28,779 nucleotides of DNA from Bdellovibrio sp. (GCA_046318155.1 JBKCUU010000070.1:1-28779), one strand, 5' to 3'; shown: positions 9,066-18,476, counted from the first letter of the stretch. Notes: a model not told the origin generated them from the sequence alone. A program made the numbers and translations.

Positions 9066-9314
9066 CTAAGACTGCTGTTTTTCTTTGTTGGTCTGGGTCT
9101 GGCCCTGAGACGTGGATTCGGAAGAGGCATTTTTGATTTGCTTATCGGGCTCGGGGGCAGGCTTTGCTTCGGCGTCGATCTCGTTCATACCGTCTTTAAA
9201 CCCACGGATTGAACGGCCCAACGATTTACCAAGACCTTCGACCCGGCTAGGTCCAAAAAACAAGAGCGCGATGAAAGCGATAACAAGCCAATGCCAGATA
9301 CTGAACTCACCCAT
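9066..9314 (-). CDS. tatA: Twin-arginine translocase TatA/TatE subunit
   Basis: SIWHWLVIAFIALLFFGP transmembrane helix plus amphipathic LGKSLGRSIRGFKDGM; GAGAGG RBS. Confidence 0.95.
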   Translation of the reverse strand: MGEFSIWHWLVIAFIALLFFGPSRVEGLGKSLGRSIRGFKDGMNEIDAEAKPAPEPDKQIKNASSESTSQGQTQTNKEKQQS

Positions 9315-9347
9315 GGAAGACCTCTCTTAATTGTTTGTCATGTCAAA

Positions 9348-9497
9348 TCGGACGTCCTCCCCTTTCTAAACGATGGGAGCGGCGGACGCAACGCCCACCA
9401 GCCCCATCCTGACGCTCCGAGCTACCCCGCACCAGGGTTACGGGCGCTCATAACCGCTGTTTCTGGACTCGAACTCATGCCGGGCAAGCAGGCTTGC
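9348..9497 (-). ncRNA. Candidate structured RNA or leader upstream of tatA (family unrecognised)
   Basis: GC-rich island with stems 9372-9408, 9419-9449, 9484-9497 and an outer helix 9348-9356/9411-9420. Mismatches become G-U pairs on the minus strand. Confidence 0.4.
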
Positions 9498-9654
9498 GTG
9501 TTCTTGATTTTTAAACCGTAAAGCCAGGGCCAAAAACAATTTCTAATCGTCTCAATAATCATCTGCCGTTCGACTTAAATCTCAACCCTTGAAGCTCAAA
9601 TCAGAGAACTGACTTTCGATTGAGAGAATTGATGTTTCAGAACGAGACGGCGAC

Positions 9655-9681
9655 TCATGTTTTTTGAAAGGATGCCGAAAA
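9655..9681 (+). promoter_or_regulatory. Putative sigma28 (FliA) promoter
   Basis: TCAT-N15-GCCGAAAA versus consensus TAAA-N15-GCCGATAA, ending 31 nt before ATG 9713. Confidence 0.45.
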
Positions 9682-9712
9682 GCCTTCACTAGACCAAAGG
9701 ACAGGAGAGTGC

Positions 9713-9883
9713 ATGCAGTTGTTTGAAAAGGGCGAGATCAGTTTTGTGTTTTTATGGGTTCTGAATCCCATCGTGCTTTTGTTCTATCAAAACTGCGCCC
9801 CGAGCCAGCTGAACCAAGCGGGCGAGGTCACTTCGCTGCGCGCGCCCGCCAGCCAGAATCCAGCGAAACCAAGCACGCCTTGA
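9713..9883 (+). CDS. Small 56-aa putative lipoprotein (absent from the ORF track)
   Basis: AGGAGAG RBS then ATG. Translation MQLFEKGEISFVFLWVLNPIVLLFYQNCAPSQLNQAGEVTSLRAPASQNPAKPSTP has a hydrophobic stretch ending FYQNC and a RAPAS motif. Confidence 0.75.
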   Translation: MQLFEKGEISFVFLWVLNPIVLLFYQNCAPSQLNQAGEVTSLRAPASQNPAKPSTP

Positions 9884-9931
9884 ACGGGCACCGCTTCTGG
9901 GTTATGCCAAGGCTTGGCTCGGGGGCCCGCC

Positions 9932-11779
9932 TTGTCCAAACTTCTTGAAGTCAAAAATCTACGAACCGAATTCAAAACAGACCAGGGTCCGCTGTGCGCG
10001 GTGAATGGTGTTTCATTTCGGGTCGAAAGAGGGCGCACGCTCGGCCTCGTGGGCGAATCTGGCTCTGGCAAATCCGTCACTGCACTCTCGCTGATGCGCC
10101 TGATTCATGCACCCGGCCAGATCACCAGTGGACAGGTCCTGTTGAATGGCGAAGATTTGCTCAAAGCTTCGGATACAAGACTCCGTGAAATCCGGGGCAA
10201 TCACATGGCCATGATTTTTCAAGAGCCGATGACCTCGCTCAACCCGGTCTTCACTTGCGGCGATCAAATCGAAGAATCGATCCGGCTTCACCGACCGCAA
10301 TTTTCAAGAGAACAGATCAAACAACAGGCCATCGAGATCCTCAAAAAAGTCGGGATCCCCTCACCAGAAAAACGCTATCACGATTATCCGCACCAACTCT
10401 CGGGCGGTATGCGCCAACGTGTGATGATCGGAATGGCGATGAGTTGCAGTCCGCAGCTTTTGATCGCGGATGAACCAACAACCGCACTTGACGTCACGAT
10501 CCAAGCCCAAATTTTAGACTTGATGCGAACGCTGCAGGCTGATTTTGAGGCCGGGATGATTTTGATCACCCATGATTTAGGTGTCGTTGCCGAGATGTGT
10601 GATGATGTTGCCGTTATGTACGCCGGCAAAGTCGTTGAACAGGGCACGGTCGAAGATATCTTTTACCGACCACGGCATCACTATACGAAAGGACTTCTCA
10701 ATTCGATTCCTCATTTTGAAGCGGGCCCTCGCCGATTGCGCTTGCAAGCCATTTCGGGGTCGGTTCCTCATCCGTTGAATCTGCATCAGGGTTGCCGAGG
10801 CATAAAAACCCCCTTGCTCGCAGTCGAGAATTTGGTGAAGCACTTTGCCATTGGCGGCGGATGGCTGGGGCGCGAAACGGCTGCGGTTCAAGCCGTTCAG
10901 GGCGTTAGCTTTGAGCTTGAGAAAGGCGAAACACTGGGTCTTGTGGGCGAATCGGGTTGCGGCAAATCAACGCTAGGCCGCTGCCTTGTTCGCTTGACCG
11001 ATGTCACAAGCGGAAAGATCACATTCAAGGGGCAAGACATCACGCACCTTCGCGGCGAATCTTTGCGAAAACTCCGAAGGCAAATCCAAATAATTTTTCA
11101 AGATCCTTTTGCGAGCCTGAATCCTCGCATGACCGCCGGATCCCTGCTTGAAGAGCCTTTGGCGATTCACGGCTTGATGCCTTCGCCGAAAGATCGCAGA
11201 GACCGCGTTCACCAACTGTTCGAAACCGTTGGACTCAGACCCGACACCCTCTCGCGCTTTCCGCACGAATTTTCGGGAGGCCAACGTCAGAGGATCGGAA
11301 TCGCGCGCGCGCTTGCCGCTGAGCCTGAACTCCTTATTTGCGACGAACCCGTTTCGGCACTGGACGTCTCGATTCAAGCTCAAGTCATTAACTTGCTCTT
11401 GGATCTCCAGCAGAGATTTGGTCTGACCTACGTTTTCATTGCCCACGATCTCAAAGTTGTTGAGCATGTCTCGAATCGAGTCGCCGTGATGTACTTGGGT
11501 CAATTCGTCGAGCTCGCCCATGCCAAAGACTTGTACCGCCACCCGCAACATCCCTACACACGCGCACTTTTGTCAGCGATCCCGGTGCCCGATCCGCATC
11601 GCACTGACGAGCGTTTAATCTTAACTGGTGACGTCCCAAGCCCCCTTGATCCACCCAAAGGTTGCCACTTTCATCCGCGTTGCAACATGGCGATCGCTGA
11701 ATGCCAGCATCTCGCTCCCAGGCTCGAATTGAAACGTCCTCGCCATTGGGCCGCCTGCCAGCGAATTGCGCCAGAGTGA
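9932..11779 (+). CDS. Peptide ABC transporter ATP-binding protein with two ATPase domains (OppD-OppF fusion)
   Basis: Walker A motifs GESGSGKS and GESGCGKS; signatures LSGGMRQR and FSGGQRQR; Walker B ADEPT and CDEPV; HPY-type C-terminal domain. TTG start at 9932 or 9914. Confidence 0.93.
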   Translation: MSKLLEVKNLRTEFKTDQGPLCAVNGVSFRVERGRTLGLVGESGSGKSVTALSLMRLIHAPGQITSGQVLLNGEDLLKASDTRLREIRGNHMAMIFQEPMTSLNPVFTCGDQIEESIRLHRPQFSREQIKQQAIEILKKVGIPSPEKRYHDYPHQLSGGMRQRVMIGMAMSCSPQLLIADEPTTALDVTIQAQILDLMRTLQADFEAGMILITHDLGVVAEMCDDVAVMYAGKVVEQGTVEDIFYRPRHHYTKGLLNSIPHFEAGPRRLRLQAISGSVPHPLNLHQGCRGIKTPLLAVENLVKHFAIGGGWLGRETAAVQAVQGVSFELEKGETLGLVGESGCGKSTLGRCLVRLTDVTSGKITFKGQDITHLRGESLRKLRRQIQIIFQDPFASLNPRMTAGSLLEEPLAIHGLMPSPKDRRDRVHQLFETVGLRPDTLSRFPHEFSGGQRQRIGIARALAAEPELLICDEPVSALDVSIQAQVINLLLDLQQRFGLTYVFIAHDLKVVEHVSNRVAVMYLGQFVELAHAKDLYRHPQHPYTRALLSAIPVPDPHRTDERLILTGDVPSPLDPPKGCHFHPRCNMAIAECQHLAPRLELKRPRHWAACQRIAPE

Positions 11780-11970
11780 TCCGTCGATCTCGAAAACACC
11801 TCTAACGACTAGCCGATTTCGGCCCAACTTCTTGAGCCCACATGGGTTTCGCGAACCAAATCTCGTCTTGAGACACTTTTTTTTGACATTTGGTGCCTGC
11901 CGTTTGCAATTTGTACGAATCCAAGCGGCCTGGCCTTTGCTTCTCTATGAACCAAGGGGGACATACCAAC

Positions 11971-12531
11971 ATGTCAATGAATGCCATTTCTACCAAACTT
12001 GCTCTACTTGAATCAGACTCTTCCCCGCAGCGTCGCTCCAGGCGTCGACGAGACAGCTCTGACGACCTGACCTTTACCGACGCTTCGATGACGTTGCTTG
12101 GCGACATCTCTTCTGAAGAGCTCAAGGCTCTTCGTGAAGGTCCCCAACAAATCATCGATCTTGAACATTTAAAGAGGAAGTACGACGGATTCGCGGGATT
12201 GGGGCGACGGATCGCGCCTCGTTTTCCATTGAATTTGTCGGTCGTGATTGTGAATCACAAAGGGTCTTCATTTCGTACCCAGAGCCTTAATATTTCGGAA
12301 TCAGGCGCACTCTTGAAGGACATGCTCCCTCCCAATTTTATGGATTCTATTTTTGAGATTTTAATCACCTACACTTGTCCTCAAGCTAAGACGCCACGAC
12401 ATCTGATGTTCACGGGCCAAGCGGTCGGTGGCCCCTTACGCACACCTCGAGTGTCTTTTAAGTCGTCGGCAAACAAAACGGCGGAGCTCCTCCAAACTCT
12501 GTTTGCCGACTTAACGCCGATTGCAGTCTAG
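11971..12531 (+). CDS. PilZ-domain protein (putative c-di-GMP receptor)
   Basis: RRIAPRF (RxxxR) and NISESG (D/NxSxxG) motifs; AAGGGGGA upstream of ATG 11971. Confidence 0.8.
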   Translation: MSMNAISTKLALLESDSSPQRRSRRRRDSSDDLTFTDASMTLLGDISSEELKALREGPQQIIDLEHLKRKYDGFAGLGRRIAPRFPLNLSVVIVNHKGSSFRTQSLNISESGALLKDMLPPNFMDSIFEILITYTCPQAKTPRHLMFTGQAVGGPLRTPRVSFKSSANKTAELLQTLFADLTPIAV

Positions 12532-12586
12532 GTTTTTTTATCAACCGCGAGCCCTCGCTCGTCACCACCAAACGTTCACGAGGCCC

Positions 12587-12612
12587 ACGGAACCCGAAAG
12601 GTTCCGTTTTCT
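12587..12612 (+). terminator. Rho-independent terminator after the PilZ gene
   Basis: ACGGAACC-cgaaa-GGTTCCGT followed by TTTCT. Confidence 0.7.
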
Positions 12613-12707
12613 ATTGAGACAGTATTGACGTTATCGATGAGCCAATCCTTGAAGCAATTCCTTATGATTAACTCAATCTTGGCCGAAGAGTCTCATGGGG
12701 GAACGAA

Positions 12708-13676
12708 ATGGCAAAGACGTCGTTAAGATCAAGTTGTTGGCTTGCCTTCGGACTCAGCCTCGGCGTGATGTTTTCGACTTCTTGCGCAAAGAAGCCAAAC
12801 GATGATGTTTTGGGTGATGTCTCGACCAGTGTTTTCGCTTCGGGTGATCTGGTTGTTTCGAACGCGGGCTCGCGCACTCTGCTCTTATTTGATACCAACG
12901 GAAAATTTAAACGCGTTTTGGCCAGTCTCTCAAACACAGCTGGCGAAATCTATACAGGTGTTGTCCTGAACAAAACGACGGGGCAGTTGATTGTTGCCGT
13001 CGATGGCGTTTCTGACCGCCTCTTGGCCATCTCAACATCAGGAGCGGAGTCCAGTTATTTCATCGATGCGCAGTTGACCGGAACGATCCGTGGGCTCACG
13101 CAATTGGTCTCGGGAGACATTCTTATTTCAGAAACAAACAATGTTGAAAGAGTCTCAAGTGCCGGGACACCTGTGCTTCGATCACCGCTCTACGGGGGCC
13201 AAGCTTGGCCAAAGGCGCTGCAGACAACTGCGACCGGGATTGATGCCATGGCAAATGGCGGCTTTGTTCACTGCTCAACTGGTAGTGATTTTCTACGGAC
13301 TCACATTGACAACCCCGTTGGCATCGCCCACGTCGCGACAGTGGCGTCAGGCATTGCCGGCACCACGGATGTGATGGATTGCCGAAGTGATTCTGCCAAT
13401 AACGTTTATGCCGTCTTTTCCGGCACAACGGATACCGTCCGTAAGTACCCGACGAATCTTGCCTCGCCAACGTGGAGTTTTTCGGACTTAGGCATTCTCT
13501 CAACACCCAGTGGAATGGCGGTCCGTGCAGATGGACGCGTCTTGGTGCTCGACACCGGATTTAATCATGTCGTGGAGATCAGTGCTAATGGTTCAACCGG
13601 AGCCGTCATGCAAGGTGGCCTCGTCGACATCGACGACTTGCTGAACAACCCACAGTTTATCTATGTCATTCCATAG
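12708..13676 (+). CDS. Lipoprotein with probable NHL-like beta-propeller
   Basis: Signal peptide ending FSTSC; repeated blade-like segments such as GDLVVSNAGSRTLLLFD, GDILISE and TPSGMAVRADGRVLVLDTGFNHVVEI. Confidence 0.75.
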   Translation: MAKTSLRSSCWLAFGLSLGVMFSTSCAKKPNDDVLGDVSTSVFASGDLVVSNAGSRTLLLFDTNGKFKRVLASLSNTAGEIYTGVVLNKTTGQLIVAVDGVSDRLLAISTSGAESSYFIDAQLTGTIRGLTQLVSGDILISETNNVERVSSAGTPVLRSPLYGGQAWPKALQTTATGIDAMANGGFVHCSTGSDFLRTHIDNPVGIAHVATVASGIAGTTDVMDCRSDSANNVYAVFSGTTDTVRKYPTNLASPTWSFSDLGILSTPSGMAVRADGRVLVLDTGFNHVVEISANGSTGAVMQGGLVDIDDLLNNPQFIYVIP

Positions 13677-13687
13677 CTCGACAGCTC

Positions 13688-14326
13688 TCAGAGACTCATA
13701 AACTTAAAAAGCTCGGTTGCTCCGCGAACTAAGCCAACAAAAAATGCGAAGCCAAAAATGGCAATCACGTAGCTCCCTAAAAGAACCAAGCCATCGCGCT
13801 CGAGCCAACCGGCGGCATTCAAGATCAAAAAATAAGCAGGAACTGTATTCGAAAACGGCACCGGGAGCGGAAGTGCGAGCAAAAATGCAAAAAGGGCAAT
13901 CAGAATGCCGTTAAAGATGCGCACGGACCGCAGTTCAACCCAAGCACTATAGCGGGGTTTAACAAAATGCTCTGTTTTGCCCAATATTTTTTCGAAGGCT
14001 CCGCAAACTTTGTCGATCGTTTCAAACTCAATATGTTTGCGCATCGCTTTTTGTGGAAGCCATGGCTTTATTCCGACCGCTAAAGAAATTCCCATCGCCA
14101 TCATGACCAGACCCATTGGTGTCGAAAGCCCTAACATAGGGATCGGCTGAATAAATGGCAGGCTGAGCAGCAAAATGACAACCGAATGACTACGATTGCC
14201 AAATATCTCAAAGAGGTCGGCCAGACAAAGTCCATTTGGCCTTCCTTTTTGGTGAATCATCGCCACCGTGTCTTTTAAAGAAAACGAAGCGGGCGATCTG
14301 CCCGGCTGCTCAGGCGGCCTACTCAT
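13688..14326 (-). CDS. exoD: ExoD-family membrane protein
   Basis: LLLSLPFIQPIPMLGLSTPMG, KPWLP, LLALPLPVPFSNTVPA and LERDGL match the ExoD pattern. Confidence 0.85.
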   Translation of the reverse strand: MSRPPEQPGRSPASFSLKDTVAMIHQKGRPNGLCLADLFEIFGNRSHSVVILLLSLPFIQPIPMLGLSTPMGLVMMAMGISLAVGIKPWLPQKAMRKHIEFETIDKVCGAFEKILGKTEHFVKPRYSAWVELRSVRIFNGILIALFAFLLALPLPVPFSNTVPAYFLILNAAGWLERDGLVLLGSYVIAIFGFAFFVGLVRGATELFKFMSL

Positions 14327-14816
14327 TGATTTTCAGCAGAGTTTTGACTGTTTTACGGAGTTTTTCGACTTCAAAAGGCTTTTTGATAAAATCATCGGCA
14401 CCAATGGCAAACGCACGCTTGAGATCTTCTTCTGAAGCTTGGCCCGAAACAAAAACGAGAGGTATTTTCTTAATTTCTCTATGGTCTTTGAGAAGCTGTG
14501 CGAGCTCAAAACCATTGATCCACGGAAGCCCGATATCCATCAAAATCAAATCCGGAGTGACTTCGTCCAAAATGACCGACAACTCGGTCCCATCCGAAGC
14601 CAATCGCGTTTGCATGCCGTCCGATTCAAAAATACGCTTAAGCGCGGCCTGCATCGTTTCATCATCTTCGATAATCAGAATCGTACGCGAATCAACTTTG
14701 TTTTTAAAATCACGGAACTGATCGAGCTGCACAACTTCGGGGCTCGTCATGCGCTCTTTGGTGAGCTTTTCAATTTTTTGAATCAGATCAAGGGCATTGA
14801 CTCTTTTCTTTGCCAT
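14319..14816 (-). CDS. Single-domain response regulator with N-terminal extension
   Basis: ILIIEDD, LILMDIGLP, FVSG, GADDFIKKPF; no output domain; ATG overlaps the trxB stop (TAATG). Confidence 0.9.
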   Translation of the reverse strand: MAKKRVNALDLIQKIEKLTKERMTSPEVVQLDQFRDFKNKVDSRTILIIEDDETMQAALKRIFESDGMQTRLASDGTELSVILDEVTPDLILMDIGLPWINGFELAQLLKDHREIKKIPLVFVSGQASEEDLKRAFAIGADDFIKKPFEVEKLRKTVKTLLKINE

Positions 14817-15751
14817 TAGGGGTTGGCCTCCAGCCAACGTTCCGCATCGATCGAAGCCATGCAGCCCGAGCCGGCGGCTGTGATCGCTTGACGGTAGACA
14901 TGATCTTGCACGTCTCCCGAAGCAAAAACACCTGGAATATTGGTGTAGGTCGAGTCCGGCTGAGTCTTGATATAGCCCGTTTCGTCAAGCGTCAGCCACT
15001 CTTTAAAAACACTGGTGTTGGGCTTGTGACCAATGGCCAAAAACAAACCTTGAAATTCTTTTTTCTCTGTCTGGCCCGTGACGGTATCTTTGAGCATCAA
15101 CCCGTTCATGCCTTTTTCATCTCCGAGCACTTCGATAACTTCTTTATTCCAATGAACTTTAATTTTGGGATTATTGAGGGCGCGGTCAACCATGATTTTA
15201 GACGCGCGAAATGAATCTCGGCGGTGAATCAGGTGAACGGTCGAAGCAAAACGAGTGAGAAAGTTCGCTTCTTCCATAGCCGTGTCTCCGCCGCCAACCA
15301 CGGCGACTTCAACGTTCTTGAAAAAAGCGCCGTCGCAAGTCGCGCATGCCGACACACCACGATTCATAAATTTGCGTTCGCTTTCGAGTCCCAAATATTT
15401 TGCACTCGCGCCCGTGCTGATGATGACTGTTTTGGCTTGGTACAAAGTTTTATCGATCCACACTTTGAATGGACGCGCGGAGAAATCAACTCTGGTGACA
15501 TTCTTGGTGATGAAACGTGTTCCAAAACGCTGGGCTTGCTGGCGCATGGTCGCAATCAAATTTGGACCTGTCACGCCGTGCTCAAAGCCCGGATAGTTTT
15601 CGACTTCGGTCGTAATCATCAGCTGACCGCCGGCTTCTTCGCCTTCGATCATCAAAGGCTTGAGGTTGGCCCGAGCCGAGTAAATCGCCGCCGTTAAACC
15701 GGCTGGTCCAGACCCAATGATAACTAAATTTTCGATTTGAGAATCGCTCAC
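14816..15751 (-). CDS. trxB: Thioredoxin-disulfide reductase
   Basis: IIGSGPAGLTAAIY, CATCDG, VVGGGDTAMEEA, HRRD and GDVQDHVYRQAITAAGSG motifs; GTG start at 15751. Confidence 0.97.
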   Translation of the reverse strand: MSDSQIENLVIIGSGPAGLTAAIYSARANLKPLMIEGEEAGGQLMITTEVENYPGFEHGVTGPNLIATMRQQAQRFGTRFITKNVTRVDFSARPFKVWIDKTLYQAKTVIISTGASAKYLGLESERKFMNRGVSACATCDGAFFKNVEVAVVGGGDTAMEEANFLTRFASTVHLIHRRDSFRASKIMVDRALNNPKIKVHWNKEVIEVLGDEKGMNGLMLKDTVTGQTEKKEFQGLFLAIGHKPNTSVFKEWLTLDETGYIKTQPDSTYTNIPGVFASGDVQDHVYRQAITAAGSGCMASIDAERWLEANP

Positions 15752-15808
15752 ACCCAACCCCTTTTTGACTGAAGGGCAGCATAGCAGTTTGAGCGCTTGG
15801 GAGAAAGC

Positions 15809-16444
15809 CTAGCCAAGAATGAAATGCCCGTTGGCGCCCTGCACATCCTGCACCCAGCTTAAAGTTGAGGCAGCGACTTCGTCGGGAGATTTCAGCAGTC
15901 CCGTCGTCTGACGCGGCCAAGCATGCTGAGGCAGCATCGGCGTGTCGAGGTAACCAGGGCTAAAGAGGCGCAAGTCAAAGCTGCAGCTTTTTTCTTGCTG
16001 CAAACTTGTCACAAGTCCTTTGAGTCCATGCTTCGCGGCCGCGTAGCTTGCGGCCAAGGGATCCGGTTTGGAATCGGCAATCGCAGAACCGACAAAGAGG
16101 GCCTGCCTCAGTGACGGGACTTGCAAGTGTGAAAGCAAATAGGCCGGAAACAAAAAGTTGACCCGAAAAGCCCATTCGTGCGAGGTCCACTTTTTTTCAG
16201 AAAACGGACCATGCGGTCCGCCTCCAGCAAAGTAAAAAAATCGAGTCGGCTTGTACTCCAGCAAAAGACCAAGAACGCGGTTCCAATCCTCCGTGCGCGA
16301 AAAATCGATCGACACACTTGAACGCCGGGACATGAGCAGTTGATCAACAGCCGGAAACTCGGCTTTGGCGAGACGTGCGAAGGCCTGGCCCAAGCCTGAA
16401 CTCCCCCCGCACACAACCCACTTTTCGGCGTTTTCAATTTGCAT
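15809..16444 (-). CDS. Short-chain dehydrogenase/reductase
   Basis: CGGSSGLG Rossmann motif, YAAAK catalytic motif, SPGYLDTPM. Confidence 0.88.
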   Translation of the reverse strand: MQIENAEKWVVCGGSSGLGQAFARLAKAEFPAVDQLLMSRRSSVSIDFSRTEDWNRVLGLLLEYKPTRFFYFAGGGPHGPFSEKKWTSHEWAFRVNFLFPAYLLSHLQVPSLRQALFVGSAIADSKPDPLAASYAAAKHGLKGLVTSLQQEKSCSFDLRLFSPGYLDTPMLPQHAWPRQTTGLLKSPDEVAASTLSWVQDVQGANGHFILG

Positions 16445-16456
16445 GACGACTCTTTC

Positions 16457-16750
16457 TCACCAATAGGTGGCGTCAATAATCAAATCTTGCGTCCCCACGA
16501 CAACCTGGCAACTCACACGTTGGTTTTTCTTTAAGCCAAAGCGCTCAGCCAAAAATTCTTCGGCCTCATTTCGGGCGCTTAAGCTTTCGGCTCCTTGAAC
16601 GATTTCAAGACGGCACTTACCGCAAACCCCATCTCCATGACACGAAGATGCCACAGGCACTTCGGCCCCAAGCAACACTTGCATGAGGTTGGCGCCTTCT
16701 TGAGCCTGCGTGGGTGCTCGATTGTTCTTGGCAAACGAGATTTTTGGCAT
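16457..16750 (-). CDS. [2Fe-2S] ferredoxin
   Basis: SSCHGDGVCGKC ... RVSCQ four-cysteine pattern. Confidence 0.93.
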   Translation of the reverse strand: MPKISFAKNNRAPTQAQEGANLMQVLLGAEVPVASSCHGDGVCGKCRLEIVQGAESLSARNEAEEFLAERFGLKKNQRVSCQVVVGTQDLIIDATYW

Positions 16751-16753
16751 TGG

Positions 16754-17470
16754 CTAAACTCTTCTCAGACGGACAAAATTGATTTTCATGCCTTGGCGCA
16801 AAAAGATGCGTTCAAACTGCGTGACCACATTTTCTTGATTCATCTCGCTGCCGTGCAGATCTTCGGTCTCGAATTCAATTTTAAACTTCGATGACCGCGC
16901 ATTTTCCATCGACCAGCGATACGCTTCGAGCGAGTCGGTTTTAAAATCGAGCTTGGATCCAGGCCGCTGCATTTCAAAAAAGAGATCCAGCATGCGAGGA
17001 TTCAAAATTCGGTTGTTGGGTTTTCTGGGCGTTGTCCACGGATCTGGAAAGTGGATGTAAATGTCATTGAGTTCGCCAGCCTCAAACAGTAGGTCCATGT
17101 TAAACGCGTGGTAACGCACGATACGTGCGTTCTTCGCGCCTTTTTTGATCGCCCCACGAATGGTTTGAATCAGCGGTTTATACTTGAGCTCGACGCCGAC
17201 CAGGCAGCGCTGTGGGTGCGCCAAGCTGTGGTGCTGAAAGTGAACGCCGTTACCCGTACCGATCTCAAGATCAACTGGCTTTTCAGCGCTCGTGCCGAAA
17301 ACTTCATCACGCCACTTGCCTTTGTTTAAGGGGCCGCGCTCTTCGTTAAACGCAAACTCTCGAAATTCACCATCAAGGGCAAGAGTGTAAGCATTCGGAT
17401 GACGCAACGTCTTGGTTAAAACAATTTGCGGTCGGCGGTATTCAGCAGGTGTCACAGGTGCATCACTCAC
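16754..17470 (-). CDS. trmB: tRNA (guanine-N7)-methyltransferase
   Basis: LEIGTGNG, VGVE, IYIHFPDPW, FKTD and TQFERIF motifs. Confidence 0.93.
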   Translation of the reverse strand: MSDAPVTPAEYRRPQIVLTKTLRHPNAYTLALDGEFREFAFNEERGPLNKGKWRDEVFGTSAEKPVDLEIGTGNGVHFQHHSLAHPQRCLVGVELKYKPLIQTIRGAIKKGAKNARIVRYHAFNMDLLFEAGELNDIYIHFPDPWTTPRKPNNRILNPRMLDLFFEMQRPGSKLDFKTDSLEAYRWSMENARSSKFKIEFETEDLHGSEMNQENVVTQFERIFLRQGMKINFVRLRRV

Positions 17471-18444
17471 ATTAAATCCTTAATCGGAGCATGGGTTACA
17501 GCCTGAACGGTGAAGGGGCGACGTTCACGAAACTCCTTGCGGCGAATGGGGCAATCTAGCAGCGCGCAATGCTCACAGTACTCCCGAAAACAGGGATCGA
17601 TATGAAACGCAATTTCGCCGTCATAGGCATAACTGGCAACGACGGCCTTTTCAAACTCGTCCGAGACGGCATGAGTTTTTGAAACGTCCCAAAACTCGGG
17701 GACAACCAAGTGGGCGTCCACATGGTGAAAACGGCCCGAGCGGATCATGCGAAGCAAGTGAATATCGATAATTCCAGGCTGACGATTTTTTTCAAATGCC
17801 CGCGTCAATTCTGCCAAGGCCGCGGGCTCAACCTCATCGATCAATCCCGCGGCAGCCTGACGAACAATTTTGTAGCCCGAATAAATCAAGAGTCCGGCAA
17901 TCACAAGAGCTGCTGCCGGATCAAACCAAGAAATACCCGTTATTCTGACTAAAGCGAGACCCGCGATGGCGCCGACGGTTGTCCCCACATCGGTCAAAAC
18001 ATGAACGCCGCTGGCCCGGAGCGCCTCGGTTTGATATTTGCGGCCGATCATGAGCAGGTAAAGCCCCAGGACAAGATTCAAAACCGCGGCTCCGACGGCA
18101 ATCCATAAACCTAAATCCACATTTCGAGGAAGGGTACCCGCATAAAAGGCCCGCCCCGCTTCGCCCGCAATCATGATGCCGGCAAAGGTGATCAACCCAC
18201 CCTCAAACGCCATCGAAAAATACTCGAACTTGCCGTGCCCGTAAGGATGATCCTCGTCGGGGGGGCGCGCGACAACACGAACCACTTGCAGCGCGACAAT
18301 CGCGGCCAGAACATTGACGATACTTTCGAGCGCATCCGAGAGCAGAGCCGTCGAATCGGTCACGGCATAGGCCCAAAACTTAAGGGCTAAAATGAACACG
18401 CTGGCGCCAACAGAGATGGCGGCCGCTTTTCGAGTAACTTCCAT
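17467..18444 (-). CDS. Cation diffusion facilitator (FieF-like) transporter
   Basis: STALLSDALES, PPDEDHPYGHGKFEY and HVLTD motifs, multiple transmembrane segments, Cys-rich tail. Confidence 0.92.
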   Translation of the reverse strand: MEVTRKAAAISVGASVFILALKFWAYAVTDSTALLSDALESIVNVLAAIVALQVVRVVARPPDEDHPYGHGKFEYFSMAFEGGLITFAGIMIAGEAGRAFYAGTLPRNVDLGLWIAVGAAVLNLVLGLYLLMIGRKYQTEALRASGVHVLTDVGTTVGAIAGLALVRITGISWFDPAAALVIAGLLIYSGYKIVRQAAAGLIDEVEPAALAELTRAFEKNRQPGIIDIHLLRMIRSGRFHHVDAHLVVPEFWDVSKTHAVSDEFEKAVVASYAYDGEIAFHIDPCFREYCEHCALLDCPIRRKEFRERRPFTVQAVTHAPIKDLM

Positions 18445-18476
18445 GGTGCGGTTTTAAGCAGGCAGCGGGAAAGGTG

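Noticed and set aside
9348..9497. SRP RNA or c-di-GMP-I riboswitch
   Set aside because: GUCAGG is present but the GNRA-capped helix and AGCAG are not; GGACGCAA lacks the upstream GGCAAAC/GAAA stem.
14285..14302. RSPAS motif at the ExoD N-terminus
   Set aside because: It lies in a presumably cytoplasmic tail without a signal peptide and may be coincidental.
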